From Octopus sinensis (Eukaryota): a DNA stretch of 64,000 nucleotides. The stretch covers positions 1,178,001 to 1,242,000 of the forward strand of contig NC_043026.1 in the NCBI RefSeq assembly GCF_006345805.1, in the 5' to 3' direction. A program made the position numbers and the translations under genes. This document shows positions 37,436-51,109 of the stretch, in pieces (the first letter of the stretch is position 1; each line of letters opens with the position of its first letter). A model generated the notes under the pieces. That model was not told the origin of the DNA. It made no database searches and saw nothing but the letters and a program-made list of their open reading frames with translations.

Positions 37436-38182
37436 TTAATGGAATTGTATCTTTGTGATACCAGTGCCGGTGGCACACAAGAAAACCATCCGAACGTGGC
37501 CGTAGCCAGTACCGCACCGACTGGCACCTGTGTCGGTGGCACATAAAAACACCATCCGAAGACCCGGCAAGACTAGTCAGGCCATAACCTGTGGCCCCTA
37601 CCTGGGACGTAGTCAGTCCACCTGTGCATACCTTCCTTCTTGTGACACTTGTGAAGACCTGTTGAGGCAAGTGAAAATCAAAATCAAAACAAATCAAAAT
37701 AGATGAACATCAATGGAATTTGTATCTTTGTGGTACCAGTGCCGGTGGCACGTGGCACACAAGAAAACCATCCGAACGTGGCCGTAGCCAGTACCGCATC
37801 GACTGGCCTCCGTGCTGTGGGCACGTAACAAACACCATCCGATCGTGGCCGTTTGCCAGCCTCATCTGGCACCTGTGTCGGTGGCACATAAAAACACCAT
37901 CCGAGCGTGGCCGTCTGCCAGCCTCGTCTGGCACCTGTGTCGGTGGCACATAAAAAACACCATCCGAGCGTGGCCGTTTGCCAGCTGCGTCTGGCACCTG
38001 TGTCGGTGGCACATAAAATCACCCACTACACTCTCGGAGTGGTTGGCGTTAGGAAGGGCATCCAGCTGTAGAAACACTGCCAGATCTGACTGGACTGGTG
38101 CAGCTTTCGGGCTCCCCAGACCCCAGTTGAACCGTCCAACCCATGCTAGCATGGAAAGTGGACGTTAAATGATGATGATGAT
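37436..38182 (+). mobile_element. RTE LINE 3' end with a duplicated internal 3'UTR segment at its 5' side
   Basis: 37436-37560 repeats 37710-37890, then jumps back to the ORF end (gaagacccggcaagac); (GAT)n tail. Confidence 0.88.
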
Positions 38183-38231
38183 ATGTATATATATATATAT
38201 ATATATGTATGTATATATATATATATGTATG

Positions 38232-38262
<31 letters not shown>

Positions 38263-38271
38263 GTATGTATG

Positions 38272-38303
<32 letters not shown>

Positions 38304-38417
38304 TGTATTATGTATATATATATGTATATATGTATATATATATATGTATGTATATATATATGTATATATATATTATATGTTGTATATATATATGTATGTA
38401 TATATATATATATGTAT

Positions 38418-38450
<33 letters not shown>

Positions 38451-38536
38451 GTATGTATGTATATATATATGTGTATATATATATGTATGTATATATATAT
38501 GTATGTATATATATATGTAATATATATATGTATGTA

Positions 38537-38570
<34 letters not shown>

Positions 38571-38687
38571 GTATGTTATATATATGTATGTAATATATAT
38601 ATGTATGTATATATGTATGTATGTATATATGTATGTATATATATATGTATGTATATATGTATGTATGTATATATGTATGTATATATG

Positions 38688-38734
<47 letters not shown>

Positions 38735-38743
38735 GTATACATA
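38183..38743. repeat. (TA)n/(TATG)n microsatellite
   Basis: Direct reading. Confidence 0.95.
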
Positions 38744-41662
38744 TCATCATCATCATCATCATCATCGTTTAACGTCCGCTTTCCGCGCTAGCACGGGTTG
38801 GACGGTTTGACCGGGTCTGGGAAGCCAGGGGCCGCTCCAGGCTCCAGTCTGAATCTGGCAGAGTTTCTACGGCTGGATGCCCTTCCTAACGCCAACCACT
38901 CCGTGAGTGGATTGGGTGCTTTTTACGTGCCACCTGCACAGGGGCCGGAGGGTCCGGCATCGTCACGATCGGATTCGAGCATTTTAACGTGTCAGCGGCA
39001 CGGGGGCAACGAGGTCGGGGTGGGGGTACTTTGGGGATTGGGGTATTTTGGGGATCCAGGGTACTTTGGGGATCCGGGGTACTTTGGGGATCCGGGGTAC
39101 TTAGAATGGGTAGGGGGGTACTTAGAATGGGTAGGGGGTATGTGGAATTGCTGCAGAAAGCAGCCCGGGTCTTTGTAGTCACAGCATATCTCCAGAGATC
39201 TCGGTCCTTCGCCATTGCCTCAGTGAGGCCCAATGCTCTGAGGTCATGCTTGACCACCTCATCCCATGTCTTCCTGGGTCTACCTCTCCCCCTGATACCT
39301 TCAACTGTTTGGGAGTGGCACTTCTTCACACATCTCTCTTCATCCATCCGCAGCACATGACCATACCATCGCAAGCGTCGCTCTTGCACACCACATCTGA
39401 TGCTTCTTATATCCAGCATTTCTCTCAGGATACTTACACTCTGTTTTGCGTGCACACTGACACTACACATCCAGCGGATCATGCTAGCTTCATTTCTTTC
39501 AAGTCTACGCATGTCTTCTGCAGTCACAGCCCATGTTTCGTTACCGTGAAGCATGGCAGTTCGCACACATGCATCATATAATCTACCTTTTGCTCTGAGG
39601 GAGAGGCCTTTTGTTGCCAGTAGGGGTAGGAGCTTTCTGAACTTTGCCCAGGCTATTCGTATTCTAGTGGTGATACTCTCTGTGCATCCACCTCCGCTAC
39701 TAACTTGGTCTCCCAGGTAGCGGAAACTATCAACTACTTCTAGTTTCTCTCCCTGGAGTGTGATGGAATCTGTTTTCTGAGTGTCTGTTGTGTCTATTGT
39801 CCCTGTGCATCTGCCGCACATGAAAGCTATCTTATCTGTTAATTTCCCTTTAATGTTGCTGCACCTCTTATGTGTCCATAACTTACATTGGGTGCATCTT
39901 ATGGAGTTTCTACCTGTACCTTCCTACAGGTTGAGCAGGGCCACCTACCCGAGGGGATGTGTGTTGAGTACCTCTTGCTGCTTACTAATACTTTGGTCTT
40001 TGCTACATTTATTCTAAGGCCCTTTGATTCCAACCCTTGCTTCCATACCCGAAATTTCTCTTCTAGTTCCGGTAGTGATTCTGCTATGAGAGCTAGGTCA
40101 TCGGCATAGAGGAGCTCCCAGGGGCATCCCGTTTTGAATTCCTCTGTTATTGCTTGAAGTACTATGATGAACAAAAGGGGACTGAGGGCTGAGCCCTGGT
40201 GCACACCTACTTCTACTCGGAATTCTTCACTATATTCGTTGCCAATCCTAACCTTGCTAACAGCCTCTCTGTATAGAGCCTGTACAGCCCTTATTAGCCA
40301 TTCTTCAATCTCCAGTTTCCGCATCGACCACCAGATAAGGGAACGGGGAACCCTGTCAAAGGCTTTCTCCAAGTCTACAAAAGCTATGTAGAGGGGTTTA
40401 TCTTTAGCTAGGTACTTCTCCTGCAGTTGTCGGACCAGGAATATAGCATCAGTGGTGCTTCTACCTGGTACAAAACCGAACTGCATTTCATCTAAACAAA
40501 TTCTCTCCCTAATGAGATTGGTTATGACCTTCTCTGAGACCTTCATCACCTGGTCCAACAGTTTGATACCTCTGTAGTTATTTCTATCTAGAGCATCACC
40601 CTTACCCTTGTAGCAGTTGACTATGGTACTGCTGCACCAGTCATTGGGTATGGCTCCATTGTGAACTACCTGGTTTACAATGCGGGTGACTATGGCATGG
40701 CCCACATAGCCAGCTGTTTTAAGCATCTCAGCAGTGATTCCTGATAGGCCAGGGGCTTTGCCTGGTTTCATATCCTTAATTGCCTTATCTACACGGGAGC
40801 TGTCTATTCGGGTAGCTGGTCCCTCTACTGGGTCAACATTTGGCAGGCTCTCCTCCTCCCATTCATTCTCCTCATTTAGCAGTCTTTCATAATGGCTTCT
40901 CCAAGCCTCTTTCTTTTCACTAGTAGTAAAAGCAAGTGCCCCATCATCCATGCGGACACATTTCTCTCCTATAACATCGCTATTTTCTCTGACACACTGT
41001 CTGGCAATCCGAAATACTTCAGCTCTTTGATCCTCGCGACGCTGGACATTGGCAAACTTCTTCTTTTCTGCTACATCTTTGGCAATGTATACCTGCCGCC
41101 CAGCCTCCCTTTTGGCTATCTGGTACAGTTCCCTGCTGCCCCCCTCCTTCCAGGCTTTCCAGGCTCGTCTCTTTTCACAGATGGCTTTATCTACTGCACT
41201 ATTCACCACCACGTAATTCTAGGTCTGGAAGGGACTTTGCACCATCCACAAACTTGGTCTGTGGCACTCAACAAGCTGTCCCGTAGGAATTCCCAGCTAC
41301 CTTCTATGTCTGACATCTGAAGCTCCTCTTCCCTCTCATCAAATTTCTTGATGAGTATGTCCCTAAATTTCTGACCATGCGAAGGGTTCTTTAGCCTCCA
41401 AATCCTTCTTTTCTGGATTGGTTTGTTTCTTGGAGTCCTTCTGGCCTCAAGCTTAAAGTCACTGATGATTAGTCTATGCTGAGGGATACATTCTTCACCG
41501 GGAGGGACTTGTATTCAAGAGCAACCTGCATCCCGTTGTCTGGTGAGGATGAAGTCTATTTGGCTAGCGGAGTCTCCTGACTGATAAGTTATAAGGTGGC
41601 AGACTGGCTTCTTGAAGTTAGTGTTGCAGATTGAAAGGTTACATGCATCACAGAATTCCAGT
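38744..41662 (-). mobile_element. RTE LINE (second subfamily), 5'-truncated within the endonuclease
   Basis: ORFs 39899-41212 (NYRGIKLL, FVDLEKAFDRV, GVHQGSALSP, YADD) and 38886-39821; distinct 3'UTR with G-rich tandem repeats. Confidence 0.95.
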
Positions 41663-42037
41663 AATACATATATATATATATATGATATATATATATGTAT
41701 GTATATATATATATATGTATATATATATGTATATCAAATATGTATGTATATATATATATATGTATATATGTATGTATATATATATATATATGTATATATA
41801 TGTATATATATATGTGTATATATATATGTATAATATATATGTATATGTATATATATATGTATATATATATATGTATATTATATGTATATGTATATATATA
41901 TATGTATATATATATATATGTATATATATATGTATATGTATATGTATATATGTATATGTATATATATATGTATATATATATATGTATATATATATATGTA
42001 TATATATATATGTATATATTATGTATATATATATATG

Positions 42038-42069
<32 letters not shown>

Positions 42070-42229
42070 TGTATATATAATGTATATATATATAATATAT
42101 GTATATGTATATATATATAATGTATATATGTATATTTATATATATATGTATATGTATATATATTATGTATATATATATATATATGTATATGTATATATGT
42201 ATATGTATATATATGTATATATATGTATA

Positions 42230-42287
<58 letters not shown>
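41663..42287. repeat. (TA)nTG compound microsatellite
   Basis: Direct reading. Confidence 0.95.
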
Positions 42288-42291
<4 letters not shown>

Positions 42292-43898
42292 ACGGTTTCC
42301 CAGCCATCCTCCTCAAAGCGTGTAAGCATGCCCAGGCAAAACCCCTCAAGATTCTCTTCCAGAGCTTTCTTGCGAATGGCAAGCTGAAGGAGGGAATAAT
42401 ATGCCCAATACATAAAGGGGGAAGTAGAGCAGATGCCAAAAACTATAGGCCTATCTATCTAACTTCACACATCAGCAAAGTCATGGAAAGGATAGTCAGA
42501 AAGAAACTAATCGCATTCCTTGAGGAAAATAACTTGCTGAGTAATAACCAGCATGGTTTTCGACCAGGTAGGAGCTACCTGACCCAGCTCTTACAGCATT
42601 ATGACTGGGTGTTGAGGCAGTTACTCAACAAATCAAATGTGGACGTAATCTACCTTGATTTTGCAAAAGCTTTTGACAAGGTGGATCATGGTATGATATG
42701 CCACAAACTACGTGACCTCGGCATAGCTGGAAAACTTGGAGTGTGGTTGCATGACTTCCTGAAAGATAGGAGTCAGGCAGTAGTGGTTAATGGAGCCACC
42801 TCTATGAACACACAAATAGTGAGCGGTGTTCCACAGGGCACTGTCTTGGGACCACTGCTTTTTATAGTGGCCCTCTCAGATATGCCCTCAAATGCCCGGA
42901 TAGCCACTCTGGCCAGCTATGCAGACGATATGAAAGTCTCGCAGAAAATACAGAACCCCAGCGATGTTGCACACCTGCAGCAGGAGTTGGACTCAATCTA
43001 CAGATGGGCTGAGGATAATAATATGCAGTTTAATGCTGAAAAATTCCAGGCCCTGTGCTACCAGCATCCAAAACTGAATATTAAACTTACAGGATACACC
43101 GGTCCACAGGGAATTTCAGTCCCAGAGCCTAAGTCTGTGAGGGACCTGGGTATCGACATGAGTGAGGATACCTCTTTCCAAGTGCACATTACCAGGATGG
43201 CGACAAAGTGCAGACGACTGGCTGGGTGGATCCTAAGAACATTCAGAACCAGAGATAAGGAAACCATGATGGTCCTCTGGCGGACATTCGTCCTCAGCCG
43301 CCTGGATTACTGCTCACAGCTATGGTCACTCACCAGTGTAAAATTAACAGCAGACCTTGAAGCAATCCAGAGAAGATTCACAAAGAAGATCGTCTCTTTG
43401 CAACAACTCAGCTACTGGGAAAGGTTGAAACAGCTAAGACTCTACTCCCTGGAGAGAAGACGGGAGAGGTATGCAGTAATATATGTCTGGAAGATCCTGG
43501 AAGGAATTGTGCCAAATTTTGGCATTGTAAGCTACACCAATGCTAGAACAGGACGACACTGCATAGTGCCAAAGATCCCAGCAATGCCATCATGCTTCAG
43601 GACCAACTTCTGCAACAGCCTGGGTTTCAAGGGCCCACAGCTTTTTAATATTCTCCCAAAGAGTCTGAGGAACTTGCACAAAGTAGATGTAGCGGTTTTT
43701 AAATCAAAGCTGGGCATCTTCCTGTCAAGAGTCCCAGATGAACCTACCTCACGGCAAGAGGTGCAAATGTAGCTGTATCAAACTCCATTCTTCACCAAGT
43801 GCCACATATTAGACGAGGTTCGTCGTAATAACAGTGTAGCACAAAACGGCGGTGCATCAGCATGGCTGCAGCTCTGAGCTGAAACTAGAAAAAAAAAA
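42288..43898 (+). mobile_element. CR1-like LINE, 5'-truncated, RT open reading frame to 43772
   Basis: [45 protein letters not shown]; close relative of 7331-8697. Confidence 0.95.
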
Positions 43899-44076
43899 AT
43901 GTATATTTATATATATATGTATATATATGTCATCCTTGTTTTTAACTGTTACTGTCTTCAAAAAAGTTTTTTTCGTTTCATGTTCGTCTCTGTTGCGTTG
44001 CATTCTTTCCTTCTGGGGCTGGCCGATTCAGAGCAGATCTCAGAATTAAACAGCCGAAATTTGCGATGATGAATCG

Positions 44077-44115
44077 GTTTCTGACTGAAGAACGAAGGCT
44101 TTGAATGACCCGTCT
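44077..44115 (+). ncRNA. Degenerate hammerhead-like motif in a short repeat (43930-44170) bounded by (TA)n
   Basis: CTGACTGA a GAAC gaag GCTT TGAATG: core has one extra base; stem II and GAAA are damaged. Confidence 0.3.
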
Positions 44116-44169
44116 GTCTCTTATGTTCGTCCCTTCGTGTATTTCACGTTATTTATATATGTAAAGGTT

Positions 44170-44206
<37 letters not shown>

Positions 44207-44224
44207 GTATACATGTGTATACTC

Positions 44225-44438
44225 TTTTTTTACTCTTTTACTTGTTTCAGTCATTTGACTGTGGCCATGCTGGAGCACCGCCTTTAGTCGAGCAAATCGA
44301 CCCCGGGACTTATTCTTTTGTAAGCCCTGTACTTATTCTATCGGTCTCTTTTGCCAAACAGCTAAGTAACGGGGACATAAACACACCAGCATCGGTTGTC
44401 AAGCAATGCTAGGGGGACAAACACAGACACACAAACAT

Positions 44439-44472
<34 letters not shown>

Positions 44473-44635
44473 GACAGGCTTCCTTCAGTTTCCGTCTACC
44501 AAATCCACTCACAAGGCTTTGGTCGGCCCGGGGCTATAGCAGAAGACACTTGCCCAAGATGCCACGCAATGGGACTGAACCCGGAACCATGTGGTTGGTT
44601 AGCAAGCTACTTACCACACAGCCACTCCTGCGCCT
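44225..44635 (-). mobile_element. SINE family A, full length
   Basis: Colinear with 5565-5900; internal (CA)n. Confidence 0.9.
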
Positions 44636-44644
44636 ATACATATT

Positions 44645-45029
44645 TTATTCTTTTACTTGTTTCAGTCATTTGACTGCAGCCATGCTGGAGCACCACCTTT
44701 TAGTCAAGCAAATGAACCCCAGGACTTATTCTTTGTAAGCCAAGTACTTATTCTATCGGTCTCTTATGTCGAAATGCTAAGTTACAGGGATGTAAGCACA
44801 CCAACATTAAGCGATGTTGGGGGGACAAGCACAGACATACAAACACACACACATATGTATACATATATACGACGGGCTTCTTTCAGTTTCTATCTATCAA
44901 ATCCGCTCACGAGGCTTTGGTCGGCCCCACTGCTATAGTAGAAGACACTTTGCCCAAGGTGCCATGCAGTGGAACTGAACCTGGAACCATGTGGTTGGGA
45001 AGCAAGCTACTTACCACACAGCCACTCCT
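44645..45029 (-). mobile_element. SINE family A, full length, tandem to the previous copy
   Basis: Colinear with 5565-5900. Confidence 0.9.
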
Positions 45030-45149
45030 TAGCTGACGTACCCAGTAATTCCCACGAAAGCGGGGCGTATCCCTTGGTTCTGTTCTCATAATTGTTTCAC
45101 TAATCCAGTATGTAGCCAGCCCTTAAAACTGTTTTTGTGCATTTATTGA

Positions 45150-45790
45150 GAATACCGAACATATATATATAAAGTATATAAATAAATAAATGAAGTGAAA
45201 CGCAGGTGTTATTCAAATTCTTTTACTTCTGACACATGTTTTGAAGATATTACTGTCATTATTCCAAAGGAATAAAATGGTGTAAAGCAATGTAATCTTC
45301 TCTTCAAAGAAATGAAGAAATGAAACTTATCAATAAGACATTTTAACAGAATATGATGATATGTATAGTGATTAACTGAACGCTATTAAGTTTAAAAAAA
45401 CCAAACATTAGAGTATATAACGTCAAAGGTAGCCTAAAGAAAGAGGAGGAAAGAAAAGAAAAAACCAAACAAATGAGAAGTGTATAACGATATGTAATTT
45501 AAAGTCTTGGAAAAAGATATATCTAGTGAATATGAAATGTAAGAAGAAAATTAATGTTTAAATTATATATAATGATAGATATCACTTATATGAACTAAAG
45601 GTTTGTTTCTGCCAATGTTTACATCGGTATGCATGCTCTATAACCGTGTTTACAAGGGGATTTTTCGAAAAAAGAAGAAATAGTTCAGAATTACAGAAAA
45701 GACGGAATTCTTTGCCTTTATCGTAAGGGTTCAAAATTGAGAGAATCAACCAATCTAAATTAAATTGTTAATTGCTAACAAGGGAAAAAC
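45150..45790 (-). mobile_element. Penelope-like element 3' end (GIY-YIG C-terminus plus 3'UTR)
   Basis: PYDKGKEFRLFCNSE...LVN...CKHWQKQTFSSYK*; homologous to 50091-50825. Confidence 0.75.
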
Positions 45791-46449
45791 ACACACATCT
45801 ATGTATATAAGTATATATATGTATATATACATATGTCCCCCTCTATCCATAACCACCATCGCCATATATAAACTAGCGAACGCATAATCGGGAATCCCAC
45901 TCGCTTCCAAATCCCTAACGAAGAATTACACACAGCTCATGAACGGATAAAGATAAGGAATCCTTCTTTCAATCTCACTTTCTTCTACCTACTATCTTTG
46001 CATGTATCATCATTATTCTTTCACTATTCTTCAATTATTCTCCCATCATATTATTCTTTCAGTATTCTCTCATTATTCTGTCTAGCTCAGTAACATGCCA
46101 TTCATGTAAATATGTTTTTCGTTTAGTCTTGTCTTCCTGTTGCTCCCGAAGATAACCTTATATTCATAGCCACTTATCTTTCCCCTAAAATTTGACTTTC
46201 TCAGATTTTTCAAACTTACTTTCTTGCTCTCACGATTAACAGAACCTCTTACTAGTTTGTGGTGTACCTGCCCTCCCACCCCCTCCACACATGCCGGAAG
46301 TTCCTATTCTTTGCCATCCTTGGGTTGCTTCCCACGAACACTGCAAAAGTCCTTTCACCATCCCTACCCCTAGTCTCAACCTATCTCCTATGTAAGGTAA
46401 TGTTCATACAGTGCAAAATATGAAAGGGTAGTGTTATGCAGGTTGAACT

Positions 46450-49400
46450 GAAGGCTACTGTATTACTTGCTCATGAATTCTGCCAAATGCAAGCTTTCTT
46501 TTCAGGTACATGAAGCTACTGTCCACCGTCCCAGGGTCTCTAGGGCCCATACCTCCCACACCCTCAGGGTTGGCACCCTCAACGCTGGCACACTGAAAGG
46601 TAGGTCTGGCGAGATAGTCGAGATGCTTGAACGGAGATGTGTTGATATATGTTGCATCTAAGAAGTGAGGTGGAGAGGAGGTTCTGCTAGGTTCCTCACA
46701 GGCAAGGAACACAGGTACAAGATTTTCTGGGCAGGGAACACTGACGGGGTTGGTGGCGTGGGTATACTTATCGCTGAGAAATGGGTAGATAAAGTAATTG
46801 AGGTAAACAGAGTATGTGACAGAATACTTAAGATTAGATTAATACTTCACCATGGGTTAGCAACCATTATATCGGCCTATGCCCCTCAGCCAGGGCTACC
46901 CAATGGACAGAAAGACAGATTCTATGACACCCTTCTGCAGACTACCTCGTTGATGAATGACAGGGACCTTCTTTTTGTGGCTGGTGACTTCAATGCATGC
47001 TGGACAACATGGAGGCTATGGCTATGGTTCCCGCAACAAGGGGGGAACCAGGCTGTTGGAGTTCTGCGATGCAAACGATCTTATGGCTTGCAACACTAAC
47101 TTCAGGAAACCTACCAGTCACCTACCAATCGGGCCAACATACTAGCCAAATTGACAACACCCTTGCCAGAAAAAGGGAAAGATGGCTGCTTATAAATGCC
47201 AAAACCTTCTCAGGTCAAGAGTGTATCCCACAACATAGACTGGTAGTTAGTGACTTTAGGATCAGGACTAAGTGGACGCCCAGAAGACGACCAACATGGA
47301 AAAGAAGGGTCTGGAAACTTAAAGATCCTGCGAATGGACAGAGATTTAGGGACATGTTACTTGAAGCCTTTGACGAAGTAGAAGGGGATAGAGTATCACA
47401 TGGGGTAGAGGGCAACTGGACGTTTCTAAGGGACAACCTGCTGAGAGCCACTGACCAGATCTGTGGCTGGTGCAAAGTCCCCTCTCGTCCCTAGGTAATG
47501 TGGTGGTGGAACAATGTTGTAGACAGGGCTATTAGAGAAAAGAGACAGGCTTGGAAGGACTGGAAGAATGGTGGTAACAGGGAATTGCATCAGACTGCCA
47601 AAAGGGAAGCTAGGAGACAGGTCTATCTAGCCAGAGGGGAAGCAGATAAGAAAAAAATTGCCAATGTTCTGCGCCGTGAGGACCAAAGACTGGAGGTGTT
47701 CCGTGTCGCAAGACAGTGTGTGAGAGAGAATCGTGATGTGGTAGGAGAGAAGTGTGTTCGCATGGAAGATGGTTCACTTGCACTAAATGAGGATGCAAAG
47801 AGAGAGGTTTGGAGAATACACTATGAAAGGTTGCTGAATAAAGAAAATGAATGGGATAAAGAGAGTCTGCTGAATGTCGACCCAACAGAGGGACCAGCTA
47901 TCTGAGTTGACAGTTCCTTGGTAGTTAAGGCAATTAGAAGCATGAAGACAGGGAAAGCCCCAGGCCCATCAGGAATCACTGCAGAGATGCTCAAAATATC
48001 TGGTAGTGTCGGCTATAGCCTAGTCACTCGTATAGTTAACCAGGTGATACACGAAGGAGTCATACCCAATGACTGGTGTAGCAGCATAATGGTCAACTGC
48101 TACAAAGGTAAAGGTGACACCCTAGATACAAATAATTACAGAGGTATCAAGCTGTTGGATCAGGTAATGAAGGTTACGAAGAGGGTTATAGCCCAACTAA
48201 TTAGAGAGAGAGTTAGTTTCGATGAGATGCAGTTTGGGTTCGTCCAGGGAAAAGTACCACTGATGCTATATTCCTGGTAAGGCAGCTGCAGGAGAAATAC
48301 CTAGTCAAAGATAAGCCCCTGTACCTGGCTTTTGTTGACATGGAGAAAGCCTTCGACAGGGTCCCCCGATCCCTTATCTGGTGGTCAATGAGGAAACTAG
48401 GGATAGATGAATGTTTAGTGAGAGCTGTGCGAGCCATGTATAGGGACGCTGCTAGTAAGGTGAGGGTTGGCAACGAGTACAGTGAAGAATTCCAGGTAGA
48501 GGTAGGGGTCCACCAAGGCTCAGTCCTCAGCCCCCTCCTATTTATCATAGTCCTCCAGGCAATAACGGAGGAATTCAAATCAGGATGCCCCTGGGAGCTC
48601 CTCTATGCTGATGACCTTGCTCTAATTGCTGAGTCACTATCAGAACTGGAGGAGAAGTTTCAGGTGTGGAAGCAAGGATTAGAATCGAAGGGCCTTAGAG
48701 TCAATCTAGCTAAAACCAAAGTCCTAATAAGTAGGAAGGTAGACAAATCACAAACGCCTTCAGGTAGATGGCCCTGCTCGATCTGTAGAAAAGGTGTAGG
48801 TAGAAACTCTATAAGATGTACCAAGTGTAAGCTATGGACACATAAGAGGTGCAGCAATGTCAAAGGAAGGCTAACTAGGAAGATAGTTTTCGTATGTGGC
48901 AGATGCTCAGGAGCAATAAACACTGAAAATGCTCTTAGACCAACTTCTGCCACATTCCAGGGAGAAAAACTAGAAATAGTTGATAGCTTCCATTACCTAG
49001 GTGACCAAGTCAGTAGTGGGGGCGGTTGTGCTGAAATTGTAACTGCTAGAGTAAGAATAGCCTGGGCAAAGTTCAGAGAGCTCTTACCTCTGCTAAGGAC
49101 AAAAGACCTCTCGCTCAGAGTAAAAGGTAGACTGTATGATGCATGTGTACGAACAGCCATGCTACATGGTAGTGAAACATGGGCCGTGACTGATGAGGAT
49201 ATGCATAAGCTCGCAAGAAATGAAGCCAGTATGCTCCGAAGGATGTGTAATGTCAGTTTTCATACTCGGCAGAGTGTAAGTACCTTGAGAGAAAAGCTGG
49301 ACCTAAGAAGCATCAGTTGTGGTGTGCAAGAGAGACGTTTGCGCTGGTATGGTTATGTAGCGAGAATGAATGAAGATAGTTGTGTGAAAAAGTGCCACAC

Positions 49401-50027
49401 CCTAGTGGTTGAGGGAACCTATGGAAGAGGCAGACCCAGGAAAACCTGGAACGAGGTGGTGAAGCTTGACCTTCAAACTTTAGGTCTCTCTGAGGAAATG
49501 ACTAGAGACCGAGACCTTTGGAAGTATGCTGTGCGTGAGAAGACCCGGCAGGACAAGTGTGACCATAACCCGTGGCCTCTACATGGGATGTAGCCAGTTC
49601 ACGTATGCATACCGTTCCTTCTTGGGACACAAAATTCTACTTGTGAAGACCTGTTGAGGCAAGTGAGAATCGAAATCGATCAACATCAATGGAAATTGCA
49701 GCTATGATACTAGTGCCGGTGGCATGTAAGAGAACCATCCGAACGTGGCCGTTGCCAGCGCCACCCCGACTGGCCTCGTGCCGGTGCATGTAAAAAGCAC
49801 CATCCATTCGTGGCTGTTTGCCAGTCTTGTCTGGCACCTGTGCCAGTGGCACGTAAAAAGTACCCACTACACTCACGGAGTGGTTGGCGTTACGAAGGGC
49901 ATCCAGCTGTAGAAACATTGCCAGATCAGACTGGGCCTGGTGCAGCCTTCTGGCTTCCCAGACCCCGGTTGAACCGTCCAACCCATACTAGCATGGAAAG
50001 CGGATGCTAAACGATGATGATGATGAT
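46450..50027 (+). mobile_element. Near-full-length RTE LINE (APE + RT with PHD insert), several stops and frameshifts
   Basis: LRVGTLNAG, GVGILIAE, VAGDFNA, QHRLVV, NYRGIKLL, DMEKAFDRV, YADD, RGRPRKTW; (GAT)n tail; 5' boundary uncertain. Confidence 0.95.
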
Positions 50028-50090
50028 ATACATGTAGATATGTATATTTATATATATATATATATATAAATATATATATATATATTCTAT

Positions 50091-50825
50091 CCATATGATA
50101 AAGGTAAATGTTCTTGTCCGCTCTGTAATGAAGAACTCTATCTCATCCTGTTCTCAGAGACTACTCTTGTAAATACGTTTATAGAATGTGTTTATCATTG
50201 TAAACATTGGCAAAAACATACCTTTAGTTCCTATAAGTAATTTCTACTAATCTATAAAATTTGCCCTTTAACTGTCTTCTTACATTTCATTTCCACTAAA
50301 TATATCTATTTATGTGCCTTTAAGCTTTATTCCCTTTCGTCTATCACACTGTATTTCTCCACTCTTAATTTTCTGTTAATTTCTTTCTTTCTCCTCCTTC
50401 TCTTTCTCTAAGTTGCCCTTGACATTAAATCTGTTAACAATTTTTTAAGAAATAACTTGCCAGCATTCCCTTCATCATATACGCAGTAATCACATTCAGT
50501 TGAAATGAATTATTGATGTGTTTTGTTTCTCTTTTTATTCCTAAGAAGATCGCATTGTTTTACATCATTTTATTCCCTCTGGAATAATACCAATGTTTTC
50601 TTCGAAACATATGTCGAAAGTATAAAGATTTGAATAACACACGCTTCTAAATCCTTTTCTTTATTTATCTGTTATTCAAAACCATTTCACTAAACCCTGG
50701 AATTTCTACCATTATAAGTCGGCTGTAACATCCTTGGTACTTATGTAAATTTTTTGCTACCCTGGTAACTATTTTTTTTTTTTTTCCATGTTATTTGTAC
50801 ACATTGAAAATGTACACATACATTT
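50091..50825 (+). mobile_element. Penelope-like element 3' end
   Basis: PYDKGKCSCPLCNEELYLILFSETTLVN...CKHWQKHTFSSYK* in frame from 50091, then 3'UTR. Confidence 0.8.
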
Positions 50826-50834
50826 ATATACATA

Positions 50835-51106
<272 letters not shown>

Positions 51107-51109
51107 ATG

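Noticed and set aside
50570-50620. Half-hammerhead in the PLE 3'UTR: GAAAC-ATAT-GTC with a possible ttcc/gaaa stem I
   Set aside because: All three copies (45.2, 50.6, 51.3 kb) have CTCTGGA-like sequence instead of CUGANGA, so it cannot be called an HHR
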